Assembly: GCA_964230645.1 (NCBI GenBank)
Contig: CAXRHT010000001.1
Coordinates: forward strand, 896,001 to 960,000
Length of the DNA stretch: 64,000 nucleotides
Reading direction: 5' to 3'
Origin: Bdellovibrionales bacterium
GTDB taxonomy: Bacteria; Bdellovibrionota; Bdellovibrionia; Bdellovibrionales; JAGQZY01
The translations under genes and the position numbers were made by a program. Position 1 is the first letter of the stretch. Every line of letters starts with the position of its first letter. Of the stretch, positions 17,480-28,030 are shown piece by piece. The notes below the pieces were generated by a model that was not told the DNA's origin, did not search any database, and was given only the letters and a program-made list of their open reading frames with translations.

Positions 17480-17712
17480 GTCCCGGGTCCTGTCGACTCT
17501 CTACTGGTTGGATAAGGCCAGTGCTTTATTTCACGATCCACTGAAATGGGGGGCACAAGATTTTCGGAAGTTTGAATATCCAAAACTAGCCTGTAGCATG
17601 ATTTCGCTCAAATCGTCTCATTTTGAAACCCTAATAGAAACTAATCCAGACAACTTCAAAATGAGCGCAACTATTTTCTCTTTTATGCGTTCTCCTACTA
17701 ACATAGGGGGCT

Positions 17713-18789
17713 ATGATGAAAGTTTTAAACTGTTTATCACTTTTACTGATTTTAGTTTATTTTCAAAACTGTAGTGAACCTTCCTCAGGTGGAATCGGTG
17801 ACCAGCCAACGTCTGGAAATGATACGGACTACAATAAATTAAGGATCAATCGTGCCAATTCTCTTATTGATCCGGAGTTTGAGCACCGGGCTGACTTTAT
17901 TTATCCTACTAATCCTAATTCTGCTACGGATGTTGTAGTTCTCATCCATGGCGGTGGTGGTGAGAAGCACCAATTTGCTAATTCCTTGGGATTTAAAAAT
18001 GAAAATGATCCTGACTACAATTTTGAGACCCCGAACTATAGACAAGAGTACTTGGATTCTCACAATTTAGCCTTTGTTTTTGTGCAGGGATTTAATAGAG
18101 AGTCTCAACCTCAGGCCTATACCTGGGATAATACTATTATGGTTTCAGGACATGATGATAAGGAGCTTTTAAAGCGCCTAGCTAGTTATTTACGAAATAC
18201 AGAGGGGTTTAATAAAGTCTTTCTCATGGGTCATTCTATGGGCGGGAGTATGACCAATCGGATGTGGTGTGAGGCTTCGGCTCATTTTGATGGGTTTGGA
18301 AGTTCCGCTGGGCCCATGTCCCCTACTGTTTTTGATTCTTGTAACCCTGAGACCTATAAACCCTATATTCATGTAACAGGCCTTAATGATAGAATCATTC
18401 AACTGGTGGAACAAAGAATTGGGGGAAGTACGATCAATCACCATGATGACGAGTTCTTAGAGCTTGATTCTGTGACAAGGCTTGCTGGTGGTGAGGCTTT
18501 CGTGCACCCGACTCCTGAGTTCAAAAATGAACTGGTTTCTTATCCTCAACGTGTGGACTGGGTCTGCGGAGAAACTACAAACGCTCCGGCACGAATTCCT
18601 GATAGCTTTTCCTGGCACACAGAAATCTATAGCCAGTGTGGTGGAAAAATAAAAATGATGCTTTTAAAAGACAAGGATCATTGTACAGGAGGAGAGGGGG
18701 GAACCTATAAATGTGATATTCCTCTCACCACCCTTGGGACTACAGATCATTTGGATCGCTTTATCGAATTCTTCAATGAAAACCGATAA
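17713..18789 (+). CDS. FQNC lipoprotein, alpha/beta-hydrolase (LpqC/PHB-depolymerase-like esterase)
   Basis: VYFQNCS leader; IHGGGG oxyanion motif; GHSMGG nucleophile elbow; G.ND; KDH. Confidence 0.8.
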   Translation: MMKVLNCLSLLLILVYFQNCSEPSSGGIGDQPTSGNDTDYNKLRINRANSLIDPEFEHRADFIYPTNPNSATDVVVLIHGGGGEKHQFANSLGFKNENDPDYNFETPNYRQEYLDSHNLAFVFVQGFNRESQPQAYTWDNTIMVSGHDDKELLKRLASYLRNTEGFNKVFLMGHSMGGSMTNRMWCEASAHFDGFGSSAGPMSPTVFDSCNPETYKPYIHVTGLNDRIIQLVEQRIGGSTINHHDDEFLELDSVTRLAGGEAFVHPTPEFKNELVSYPQRVDWVCGETTNAPARIPDSFSWHTEIYSQCGGKIKMMLLKDKDHCTGGEGGTYKCDIPLTTLGTTDHLDRFIEFFNENR

Positions 18790-18802
18790 CAGACATTCAA
18801 AC

Positions 18803-20410
18803 TCACCTAATTTCAGGATAAATTCCGATCACCTCGAGCATCTTATCAACCTGACCTTGGGTGATGCTCTCTTGTCCTGATATCTTATACCAATAGCTCA
18901 TAATATTAGTGATTACACCAGGGTCCATTAAATCTGTATGAGTCTCACAATCAAAATCATAACTATGAGTTGAAGGGTTAAAGACCTGTTTGCAGGCGTA
19001 CTCACTATCGACAAACATATTTGAGTGTCCTTGAACGGAATCGTATAAAAACTGCTCACTTCCTTCATAATCTCCGTTCCAAGAAATGTGAAATGCAGTC
19101 CCGCCATTTACGGATTGATAGTACTTCGAGCCATAAGGATCAAAGGGAGTGTCGTCAATATTGTCACCCGGCTGAAATCCGAATCTATCTGTATCAATTG
19201 AATAAGCTATCTCATAATTCCAATTGGTACTGCCTTCCCATAAAATCCAGTTCGAAACTCCTTGATTATGGTTAACTCTTAAGGCCATAGTTTCAAATGT
19301 ATGAGGAAGACCAAAATTATGACCTAATTCGTGAATTAAAGTATGGTCATGGGATGAATTGGAAACCACAGCGCCTTTCCTTGCTCCATAGCTAATACCT
19401 CCTACCCGGTTTCTGCTCATTGTTGAGTCGAATAAAAAGACAGTCTCACTGGTAGGAGAAATATAATCGAGCAAGCATTCTTTGTGATTAGAGCTTACAA
19501 AATCGATTATAGGCTCTCCTTCACAAACCACTTCCTTTTCTTCATACGTGTCTAAAATAGGCCTCATATGGCCCTCTAAGATTTTATTCATGGTCTCAAT
19601 TTGTTCACTGACTTTAAAGTGAGTAAAACTCGCACTATTATCTTTAGTAGAGTTTATCAAATTATACCGGAAGGTAGGAAGGTTTGAGGGAAGCACTTTA
19701 ATTTCAAAAACTTTAGTTATCGATTCACCGGAGGTAAAGCTTACTCTAAAATCAAGAGTATATGTGCCGGCTTCTTTAACCCCTCCTTTGAGTTCTGTGT
19801 AAAATTGACCTTCTCTAGGAATAATAAAAGAGATGACACCACTTTCGTGTATTCTCTGAGCATAAACACTCTCCCCTGCCATATTGGAGACAATTGTGAA
19901 AACTTTGTTAAAGTTTTCTACCGTAACTCTTTCAACTTTTTTATGAGCATTGAAATTTAAACGAATCAATTTTTCACCAAACTCTCCTTCAGTGAAAGTC
20001 GTTTTAGGAAGAGTGATTAAATCAGGGTATTTTTCAGCCTCATCGGGCTTTTCTTGAATAGAAACAGAGACTCTAATATGGGAAACGCCCCCTTTTGCTA
20101 GTGCCCTAAACTTCAAGGAATAAACCCCCGCTTGCCCCACCTCCGGACGCCAAAGAAAATATCCCACCTCTTCATCGAACGAACTCCCTTCAGGTGGATT
20201 ATCAAGTTTGTAGACAATTTTCTCTTCCACCTCTTGAGTGACTTCTAATTGAATCCCAAATGCTTCCTCCTCTTCATATACCTGAGGAGAAACAGGAACT
20301 AGGGTGGGAGGGTTATCACCCTCTGGAATAGACTCTAAAACTTTGTCCTCACTAGGAGGATTAGAACAAGCGACTAAAAATAAAAGACCTAGTGCAAAAA
20401 CGTACCTCAT
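18803..20410 (-). CDS. Lipoprotein with Ig-like domain(s) and M43/pappalysin-like metalloprotease
   Basis: LVAC lipobox; P.G.SFD..G.F.WRP..QAGVY Ig motif; HELGHNFGLPHTF; IDDTP.DP; NIMSY. Confidence 0.8.
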   Translation of the reverse strand: MRYVFALGLLFLVACSNPPSEDKVLESIPEGDNPPTLVPVSPQVYEEEEAFGIQLEVTQEVEEKIVYKLDNPPEGSSFDEEVGYFLWRPEVGQAGVYSLKFRALAKGGVSHIRVSVSIQEKPDEAEKYPDLITLPKTTFTEGEFGEKLIRLNFNAHKKVERVTVENFNKVFTIVSNMAGESVYAQRIHESGVISFIIPREGQFYTELKGGVKEAGTYTLDFRVSFTSGESITKVFEIKVLPSNLPTFRYNLINSTKDNSASFTHFKVSEQIETMNKILEGHMRPILDTYEEKEVVCEGEPIIDFVSSNHKECLLDYISPTSETVFLFDSTMSRNRVGGISYGARKGAVVSNSSHDHTLIHELGHNFGLPHTFETMALRVNHNQGVSNWILWEGSTNWNYEIAYSIDTDRFGFQPGDNIDDTPFDPYGSKYYQSVNGGTAFHISWNGDYEGSEQFLYDSVQGHSNMFVDSEYACKQVFNPSTHSYDFDCETHTDLMDPGVITNIMSYWYKISGQESITQGQVDKMLEVIGIYPEIR

Positions 20411-20812
20411 AATCTTATTTTCTTAAATTATTGATAGTTTTCATATTCATTTCCCGTCAACAAGCGTAATTTTCTTGAATTGGTAAAATAATCGTATCAA
20501 TCACGGAAAAATTTTTTTGGAAAAGATTTATATCTAAAAAATCTAACGAAGAGCTCCATCAGAGGAGGATGAGGTTAAAATAACGTATTCCTAGCGCTAA
20601 AGAAAAAAACATCCCGGCCAAAGAAAATACCAAAAGTTAATAAATGATTAAGTCGAGGAGATTTCAGAACCATTTAATTAGCTAGATTTAACAATAGAGT
20701 GATAACAACTTTTTCCAAAAGTAAAATCTTTTACCTTAAGATTCTGATGTTAAGCCCGAAAAAGTTGCTGCCGCTCGTTTATTGACTCGGCATCTGAAAC
20801 AAAGGAGTAAGC

Positions 20813-21979
20813 GTGAAAAAATTTATCTTTATCATCTACATCGGACTAATCTGTGCCTGTAGCAGTAGTGAAAACAGCAGTAGCAGTGGCTCGAATAATG
20901 ACCCCTCTGGCACTAACTTCTTAAAGTTTAATCCACCAGCCATAGCTGAAGAGCAGACTACGTCCTCCCAAAGCTTCGATTTGGAAGGAGCCGCTATTGA
21001 ATCAGATCACAGTATCTTAGCCGTTAGCCATTATAAAGCTTTAACCTTTAACGGAAATCGAGATGGTAAATGTATAGGCGCCCCTGGAACCATCCCATTC
21101 GACCTCTGTATGCTGGAAATGCTAGGAATTGATTCACCAGGCTCGTATTCTGGAGAAGCACCCAATGGAGAAAACGTCACTGTGATCGTCGAAGATCTTG
21201 AGGATAATCCTAATGGTTATGACCTATCAGCTGTAGCTACCAACAAAACTCGCGACCAGATCGTTTTTAAATATAAAGCTAATAGTGACGGTACAAAAGG
21301 AATTATAGAAGGCAATCCAGAAGGAATCTTTGGGGAAAACGGACCCGACTATGTTTATCGTATAATATGGGATGATACGGTATCTCCTGGATTGATTGAA
21401 AGCTATTCATCTGAAGGCAGTCGCAATAGCCCCTCAGACTCTTTCTTTACCTCTAGTTACCTGAAAGCCTTAGTCGTTGATGGCAGCGCTGATCTTGTCA
21501 CTAAAAATTACTTCTTCAATCAATTTATGGGGATAGAAAGTCAGAGTCGCTCTAAGTTCGCCCAAATTCGCGTCAACAGTCAGCGTTCCCTGATTATTAG
21601 CAGTAACTGCGAAGATTTAGACGATCCTACTGAGGGTAGTGAATGTTTCAATTTTTCAGACTCTACCTTAGTCGATACTGAAAACGATAGTAATGTCCTC
21701 CAGTGCTTTGAGACTGATTCCATTTATTACAATGATTTAGTTTTGTCAGATGCCGTGGCATTGTCTAATTCCACTCCTGGGAGTTTCGCGTTCACCGAAA
21801 ACTTCGACGACTCATCATGTGAAAATCTGAAAAACCTGGAACTGAATGAATCTCCTTTCACTATACGATTGGATAAGGATGACGCGGCTTCAAACTCAAT
21901 TAGTGGTATCGCCCATGAGGTGAGGAATAAACCATGGGAAGAGATGAATTTAATTGAGAGCTCCGATTTTTTGGAATGA
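20813..21979 (+). CDS. Lipoprotein, unknown function
   Basis: AAGGAG RBS, GTG start, ICAC lipobox followed by a Ser-rich linker. Confidence 0.75.
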   Translation: MKKFIFIIYIGLICACSSSENSSSSGSNNDPSGTNFLKFNPPAIAEEQTTSSQSFDLEGAAIESDHSILAVSHYKALTFNGNRDGKCIGAPGTIPFDLCMLEMLGIDSPGSYSGEAPNGENVTVIVEDLEDNPNGYDLSAVATNKTRDQIVFKYKANSDGTKGIIEGNPEGIFGENGPDYVYRIIWDDTVSPGLIESYSSEGSRNSPSDSFFTSSYLKALVVDGSADLVTKNYFFNQFMGIESQSRSKFAQIRVNSQRSLIISSNCEDLDDPTEGSECFNFSDSTLVDTENDSNVLQCFETDSIYYNDLVLSDAVALSNSTPGSFAFTENFDDSSCENLKNLELNESPFTIRLDKDDAASNSISGIAHEVRNKPWEEMNLIESSDFLE

Positions 21980-22121
21980 ATGTACTAATGCGAAAAATGA
22001 ATTCTTCATTGAGTTAATCTTATTATCAATATTAAACAGGAAATTCTTGTGGACGGGAATTCCCTTTCAATCATTTTAATTTTTGAGATAATTCAAACAA
22101 AGAAAAACTTAAGGAGCTACA

Positions 22122-23075
22122 ATGGAACGTAAGAACCTCAAATTATGTTTATCAATACTATCTATAATCTTTTTATCTTTCTTTAATACAGCTTGCAGTA
22201 GTGACGGCGGCTCCTCTGGAGGAAACGCTAGCATTGAATCCACAAATGGATTTACAAGCGATGGCTCTCCCCTAACTGTCAATAGAATGGTTGAAAACCC
22301 TAGCTCTTCTTCTCTAAGTACCGCGACGGATTATTATGGGCGATTTGTGGCAGAGGACGATAGCGGCAACCTTTTTGTTGGCACAGCTCACTTTACTCTC
22401 AATCGTGAGGATGACAATACCGCCTACTTTAGTGATTTCTATCTTGATTACTTCGCGCGAGTTACCGGGTACAACTCAAGTACTACAATTCAAGGGAGCT
22501 CTTCGGATTTAGGAGTTCCCGTTGGATATAACTCAAATACCAACTCAGTAACGATTGCTAACTCTAGCCAACGAATTATGAGCTTTTCCGTTGATTTTAC
22601 TGACAATTCAAACATCAACGATGTTAATGCCGCGACTATGGTCTTCTCCACTGATTTTACAACGATGGTTGGTGGTGCTTCAGACTTTTTCTTTGTCGCA
22701 CAAAAAGCCAGCGCTCATTCCACAGCCTCTATTGATGATCTTGATGGGGCTTGGGGGCTGGTTAATTTCACAGCCGCTAGTGGTGAGATGACCATTGATT
22801 CTTTTGCTCAAGTCGTAGCAACAGGGACTGGAGGCAACGACCTGCAAGCCTTTACTGGTCAAAATGAATCCGGTGGCGCTCCCTACGGGGGAGAGTACGA
22901 TATTGTCGATGCTAACGCTGGAGCTTTTGCCTTTGGATTTGATTTAGAATATCAAGCCGGTGATACGCCCACAGCCAGTGGTGATATTCATGGGATTTTC
23001 CTACAATCGCCTGATAAAAATGTTTTGTTCGGCGTTAATAGCCTTGAGAGCATTATTTTTGCAGCCACGCGCTAG
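22122..23075 (+). CDS. Beta-rich lipoprotein, unknown function
   Basis: AAGGAG RBS; FFNTAC lipobox and Gly/Ser linker; alternating beta-strand pattern. Confidence 0.75.
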   Translation: MERKNLKLCLSILSIIFLSFFNTACSSDGGSSGGNASIESTNGFTSDGSPLTVNRMVENPSSSSLSTATDYYGRFVAEDDSGNLFVGTAHFTLNREDDNTAYFSDFYLDYFARVTGYNSSTTIQGSSSDLGVPVGYNSNTNSVTIANSSQRIMSFSVDFTDNSNINDVNAATMVFSTDFTTMVGGASDFFFVAQKASAHSTASIDDLDGAWGLVNFTAASGEMTIDSFAQVVATGTGGNDLQAFTGQNESGGAPYGGEYDIVDANAGAFAFGFDLEYQAGDTPTASGDIHGIFLQSPDKNVLFGVNSLESIIFAATR

Positions 23076-23092
23076 ATTATGGTAGGTAAACT

Positions 23093-23116
23093 GAGGGGAG
23101 CTTCTCCCCTCTCTTA
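23093..23116. terminator. Hairpin terminator between convergent genes
   Basis: GAGGGGAG-CTT-CTCCCCTC. Confidence 0.55.
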
Positions 23117-23117
23117 A

Positions 23118-24329
23118 CTACTCTAAAGCCTTCAGGATAGTCTTAGTCTGGGTTCCACTCGTTTCGATAATTAATTCCAAGTTATTTAAACGAGAAAACT
23201 CTCGGACAATTGGCAGTCCGAAGCCCGAGCCTTTTTCTTGGTGGGTGGCTCCCGGGTCAAACTCTATACCCTGAGTCGTTATCGTAACTTTAGACTCTTC
23301 GCTTACAACCTCAATCGTTGAACCTTCAAAACAGTACTTCACGGCGTTTGAAATTAAATTATCTAACAGGTGCACTCTGAAGTGGACAGGATTGACTAGG
23401 GGGCTAAAATCTGACTTTTTAATATAATTCACGCTTAAATTTCTTTCATTAATTTTAGACTGAAATCCTGCGAGGCAATCGTTTAAAATTGACTCGAAGT
23501 CTATCTGCTCCTTTAAAGGTGAATCCTCATCCTTGCTGCTAGAATTATTGAGGAGAATCTTTTTAATATTGGTAATGTATTTGAGGCTCATTCGGGCGCG
23601 AGAGGGTAATTGCTTGTTGGCATCCAATATTTCCAAATTGGCAGATAAAAGGGCGACGTTTCTTCCTACGTCGTGGGAAAGAATACGGAAGAGCTTTTCG
23701 TTTTCCCGATACTGCAACTCTAATGAGAGCCTTTTTTCAAGTAATTCATTCGAGAGCCTTTTATTTGTCAGGTAGTAGTAACCGAAAATCCCTAGCATGA
23801 GAATAGGTCCGCTTGATAAGTTTGAAAGCCCTACTTGATACCACTGCTCCTTATTGAATTCATTCCAAGTAAAGGTGTAGGTGTGCGCTAGAAACATCAG
23901 AAGTGATGAGACTGACATCGAAACAACACTCCAAATGGTGCCCCACTTGAATCCACAAAGGGGTATACTAAAAAGGGGGACTGCACAAAAGAACATCATT
24001 GAAGGGTTAACCTGCATTCCAGCGTTTACGTTCACACCGATTAAACCTAAAACCGTTAGAAAGCAGATTAAACCGAATATCGTATCACTTTTTCCGATTT
24101 TTGCTTTGTAGAGGAATAAAAGTACCGAAATACCAATGAGATCAATCAAGCAGATTAATGAATCAATATAGATACCCAAAGCAAAACAGAAGACCACTTG
24201 AAAGCCCCACATGTATAGGGCAATTAGGCAGATACCGATTTTCACCCCTTCATTAGGAGCACCATCTCTTTTGAAAGATTGGGTAAACCTAATGTGAAGT
24301 TCGATAAGGAAATTAGCTAGCTTCTGCAA
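23118..24329 (-). CDS. Membrane sensor histidine kinase (degenerate HATPase)
   Basis: About six TM helices; H-box ILSHDV; N-box NLISNAVKY; G2 GSGFGL. Confidence 0.8.
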   Translation of the reverse strand: MQKLANFLIELHIRFTQSFKRDGAPNEGVKIGICLIALYMWGFQVVFCFALGIYIDSLICLIDLIGISVLLFLYKAKIGKSDTIFGLICFLTVLGLIGVNVNAGMQVNPSMMFFCAVPLFSIPLCGFKWGTIWSVVSMSVSSLLMFLAHTYTFTWNEFNKEQWYQVGLSNLSSGPILMLGIFGYYYLTNKRLSNELLEKRLSLELQYRENEKLFRILSHDVGRNVALLSANLEILDANKQLPSRARMSLKYITNIKKILLNNSSSKDEDSPLKEQIDFESILNDCLAGFQSKINERNLSVNYIKKSDFSPLVNPVHFRVHLLDNLISNAVKYCFEGSTIEVVSEESKVTITTQGIEFDPGATHQEKGSGFGLPIVREFSRLNNLELIIETSGTQTKTILKALE

Positions 24330-25003
24330 AGAACGACACCTTGGCCCCGTAAAGTTTTTACTGTCAGATCTAGGAAGGTAATCTTTTTCCTGAGATTTGA
24401 GAGAATGGTATTAAAGTTGTTGTCCGTTACAATGTAGTTTTCTCCATAAAATGAGTGTATTAAAACTTCTTTGGCCACAGGTTCAGTATTCTGGGCAATG
24501 GTCTTGAGTATAAACTTCTCAAATTCATTGAACTCAAGATCCCCACTATGTTTGGGATAAACTAGAGCTGAGGATATATCGTCGATAATCATCGCAATTT
24601 GATTATGGATAGAAAATTTTAAGAGCCTTGAGGAAAAAAGCTCTTTTTTAACTCTTTGGATAATTTCAGCATTACTCATTAAGGTATTCACCAGCTCCAC
24701 TTGATTCTCAACCAAAGCCTTTTCAAACAGCCCCTGATCAGGAGATGACGTTTTCAAAATAAAAGGAATCTTACCAAAAAAGGGGTCCATCGAGATTCTT
24801 TTTAAAACCTCGAAACCGTCCTCTTTTGGCATATAGATATCACAGAAAATTAGGTCCACCAGGTGACCATTTTCTTTTAAGTAGGTTTCCGCTTGTTCAA
24901 AGTTCGACGCCGCAAAAACTTCCAATCCCTCTGAGATTAAAAGTTCCTGATAAAGTTCTAGAAATTCTGGATCATCATCGATCAATAAAACCTGGTCGCT
25001 CAC
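24317..25003 (-). CDS. OmpR/PhoB-type response regulator (atypical receiver)
   Basis: LLIDDD, CDIYMP.EDG; winged-helix end NLRKKI..TLRGQG. Confidence 0.85.
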   Translation of the reverse strand: MSDQVLLIDDDPEFLELYQELLISEGLEVFAASNFEQAETYLKENGHLVDLIFCDIYMPKEDGFEVLKRISMDPFFGKIPFILKTSSPDQGLFEKALVENQVELVNTLMSNAEIIQRVKKELFSSRLLKFSIHNQIAMIIDDISSALVYPKHSGDLEFNEFEKFILKTIAQNTEPVAKEVLIHSFYGENYIVTDNNFNTILSNLRKKITFLDLTVKTLRGQGVVLCRS

Positions 25004-25340
25004 TCGCCCCCCTCAACTCAGATTTACTAACGATATTATATATTTAAGTAAAAAATAAACAATTTCAACATGATAAGGTAATTTAATTTACCTTTATCTA
25101 GTCGGGTCTTCCATTTTAAAATTTATATATTCCAGAACAGGAATCTCATTAAAATTAGAAGGACTGTACGGAACAGTTGTTTTATTTTTTTAATTTAGAC
25201 AGGCATAAGTCGTTTCGGGGTTCAAACGTTCACCCTTGGATTCATGTGAGCGAGAAACCTTTCCTGTCAGAAGAAAAAAGCAAAGGATTTTTATTTTGTC
25301 TACCGATCAAGAGCAAAGATTTAAAAGGGATAGAAAAATT

Positions 25341-25610
25341 ATGATGAAAGAAACTCTTCCAGCTCTGTTGAGAAATAAAGATATTACAATTAAAGAGCTC
25401 TCTAGATTGAGTGAGGTTTCACCGTCGACTATTTACGAATGGAAAAATGGTCGAATACCTGCAAATATTCAAAACGTCCGAGCCGTAGCAGAGATACTCG
25501 AAGTAACACTCTACTACCTTCTGTACGGCACTCATGATCCGCAAAGCTCTACTCATGAGATATCGGAGAACATAGAGGGCACCTATCTCATTACTATTAA
25601 GAAAAATTAG
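25341..25610 (+). CDS. XRE/Cro-CI family HTH regulator
   Basis: TIKELSRLSEVSPSTIYEWKNGRIP..VAEILEVTLYYLLYG; likely ATG at 25341. Confidence 0.85.
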   Translation: MMKETLPALLRNKDITIKELSRLSEVSPSTIYEWKNGRIPANIQNVRAVAEILEVTLYYLLYGTHDPQSSTHEISENIEGTYLITIKKN

Positions 25611-25665
25611 AAATAAAGATTCAATTTAACTGAAGCATCAATTGCTGCAACTGGAGGATTTTATA

Positions 25666-26022
25666 ATGGATCAAAATACTTTACTTTTACTAGGCTCTGT
25701 TAAGATTAGAAATGTGGAAACTGGACAAGAAAAAATTATTGAGGCTAAAGGCTTTGATGTTCTTGGCTTCTTCTTTCCTTTTATTCGTTTACTTATGGCT
25801 GGCCGTTTTGCTCTTGCCGCTGGATTTGTATTCACAATCTTCTTATACCCTGTATGGTCATGGTATATTGGTTTTAATTTCAAAAAAATGAATCTCGAAT
25901 ATCACCTCTCCCATGGTTGGGTTATTGCCACAGGCGATGCTCCTAGGAATAACTCCAATGACAACAATGAGGGGCGTTCTACTACAAAAAGTCAAGAAAT
26001 TGATTCATCCCTTGCCGCCTAG
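25666..26022 (+). CDS. Small membrane protein (DUF2628/HrgC-like)
   Basis: GGAGG RBS before ATG 25666; KGF..GFFFP, two TM segments, L..GW. Confidence 0.6.
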   Translation: MDQNTLLLLGSVKIRNVETGQEKIIEAKGFDVLGFFFPFIRLLMAGRFALAAGFVFTIFLYPVWSWYIGFNFKKMNLEYHLSHGWVIATGDAPRNNSNDNNEGRSTTKSQEIDSSLAA

Positions 26023-26037
26023 GGATGGGGCACGTAT

Positions 26038-26067
26038 GGGATCGTCTCTTTAGGGCGGTCTCTTTTT
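26038..26067 (+). terminator. Putative intrinsic terminator
   Basis: GGGATCGTC/GGCGGTCTC stem (with G-U pairs) followed by a T run. Confidence 0.4.
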
Positions 26068-27250
26068 AAACTAATACCTTCTTATTTCTGATTCTGTTGC
26101 TCGGGAGCTTGATGGCAACAAGAGCGCCTTCCTTATTATTAAAAGAAAGTGTCCCACCCATTCTCTGGATTAAATTGGTTACCACATAGATACCAACACC
26201 CCCCTTAGGGTTTTCTGAAGGGAAGGAGCCTTGATTGAGTTGAGTTAAGATCGACTCAGAAAATCCGGGACCGTTATCTGATATATTAATCATGGAGTCC
26301 GAGCAGTAAATACGTATTTCGGGGTTTAAGATGTGCTTTGAAATTAAGGCTTTCTTGGAGTTCAGAAAAAAACTAATAAAAATCGATTCAAACTGCGTTC
26401 GATCCCCATACACTTCGCACTGGTCGTCGCACTTTACAGTGATTCCTTTTTTTTGAAGTTCCAATAATGAGGCACTCTTAGTAACTATCTCCTCTAAAGA
26501 AATCCAATCCTTAGACTCATGAGCTACATGAGCTATATAGTTCAGATCTCTTAAAATAGTCTCGCTTCTCTCAATTTTTTTATAAACTCGGTCTAATTTG
26601 TCAGATAGCCTTTTGTTACTGTTTTTGAGAGCCTCTTTACGTAGGAGATCAAGATCGAACAAAGGGCTTGCGATCATCCCCTTCACATTATGAGCAATAG
26701 CTGTTGAAACTTGCCCAATGACCGAGAACTTTTCTAGAGATTCGTATTGAAAACTCCTGTTTTGGCTTAAGGTTGAATTGAGGACTATACCTAGAATCGA
26801 AGTCGTAATGATAGCTGTAACTATATCTGACTGTTGGGTTTGACTTACCATGATTTGGTAGGTCTCAAAGGTGTAAAAGAAAGCACTTAGATAAGTGGCA
26901 GATCCTAGTAAAATCAGTATGACGTAGTTTCTCTGACTGATTGGCATAAATAAGGGATAAAAGCAGGTGGTTTGAATATAATTTATAAAATAAAGGGGGC
27001 GGTAGAACTGGGAATAGGAACCATAAAGGTAGGAAATCATTCCTATAATAATGGTTAGAGCTGCCCACCTTTTTTTTAAATAAAGAAGACAGCCTAAACT
27101 TAGACTCAATGAAAAACCCATTTTTACGGAAAAATAGACCCAACGCTCAGATGCTGGCACATGAGGAAATTCGGAGAGGCTAACTATTAAAATTAGTATC
27201 GGATAAATAATAGCGATTAGTTTTATTCGCTTATCGAAATTTGTAGTCAT
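26066..27250 (-). CDS. Membrane sensor histidine kinase
   Basis: TM N-terminus; IAHNVK H-box; FLNSKKA N-box; SDNGPGFS G1; GGVGIY G2. Confidence 0.85.
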   Translation of the reverse strand: MTTNFDKRIKLIAIIYPILILIVSLSEFPHVPASERWVYFSVKMGFSLSLSLGCLLYLKKRWAALTIIIGMISYLYGSYSQFYRPLYFINYIQTTCFYPLFMPISQRNYVILILLGSATYLSAFFYTFETYQIMVSQTQQSDIVTAIITTSILGIVLNSTLSQNRSFQYESLEKFSVIGQVSTAIAHNVKGMIASPLFDLDLLRKEALKNSNKRLSDKLDRVYKKIERSETILRDLNYIAHVAHESKDWISLEEIVTKSASLLELQKKGITVKCDDQCEVYGDRTQFESIFISFFLNSKKALISKHILNPEIRIYCSDSMINISDNGPGFSESILTQLNQGSFPSENPKGGVGIYVVTNLIQRMGGTLSFNNKEGALVAIKLPSNRIRNKKVLV

Positions 27251-27908
27251 AAACGAATTTGTAGCCTTTATTTCTTTCAGAGATGATCATCGAAGCGATC
27301 GTAGGAGATTTCTTTTTTAAATTACTAATATGGGTATCAAGTACATTACGACTAAGATGCTTTCCTTCTCCCCACACCCAATTTTGAATCTGATCCTTTG
27401 AGACCCACACCGACTCTTGTCCGAAGAGTAAACTAAATATCTTATATTCCGTGGAGGTTAAATTGACCGATTCATCATCGACAATGACCTCCGAGTTCAG
27501 AGGATCTATCCTCACACTTTCCAAGCCTGATTTTTTTTGCTTTGCTTTAAGCTGATATTCCGAACGTGCCGCCTGAATACACTCGATTAAAGACTCACAA
27601 GAAAAAGGCTTCTCAAGGAAACGAAACACACCCTTGTTAAGGGCTTCGATTACTAGATCCTTGGTTCCAAAGGCTGTGATCATAATAACAACCGGCTCTA
27701 TTTCTAATCGAGCCATGATTTCAAGAATCGCAATACCCTGATTCTCACCTAAGTTATAATCACAGATCACGACACTTATCGGTTCAGCAATTAGGACCTT
27801 TTCTGCTTCCGATAGACTGAAAGCTTTTAGCACTGGGAAATGAGGAGATACCCCATCCTCTAGACTTAGAGCTAAATCTACATCATCCTCAATTATTAAA
27901 ACCGACAT
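27231..27908 (-). CDS. OmpR/PhoB-type response regulator
   Basis: IIEDD, CDYNLG, MITAF, FLEKPF; LTSTEYKI..VLDTHISNLKKK..KGY. Confidence 0.9.
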   Translation of the reverse strand: MSVLIIEDDVDLALSLEDGVSPHFPVLKAFSLSEAEKVLIAEPISVVICDYNLGENQGIAILEIMARLEIEPVVIMITAFGTKDLVIEALNKGVFRFLEKPFSCESLIECIQAARSEYQLKAKQKKSGLESVRIDPLNSEVIVDDESVNLTSTEYKIFSLLFGQESVWVSKDQIQNWVWGEGKHLSRNVLDTHISNLKKKSPTIASMIISERNKGYKFVYDYKFR

Positions 27909-28030
27909 GCTTTAACTTACCAAATATTGATTATTATTCACCAAAATAAATTAACTTCATTTATCTTGAGCAAAACTTGAGCAAACAAGGGGTATTTAAT
28001 CTGAGAAGATTAAATAAAAAAGGGGATAGT

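Noticed and set aside
17480..17500. attR copy of the tRNA 3' end (TCCTGTC)
   Set aside because: Only 7 nt match, expected by chance; no integrase nearby
17362..17500. 6S RNA or retron ncRNA
   Set aside because: Only short resemblances; no full rod with central bubble could be established and no reverse transcriptase is present
17508..17774. 88-aa ORF
   Set aside because: Overlaps the promoter region and start of the esterase gene; no RBS or motifs
25281..25309. Second FliA-like promoter (CAAAG...ACCGATCA), and a similar ACCGATAT near 49803-49810 on the minus strand
   Set aside because: Matches too degenerate to call without TSS data
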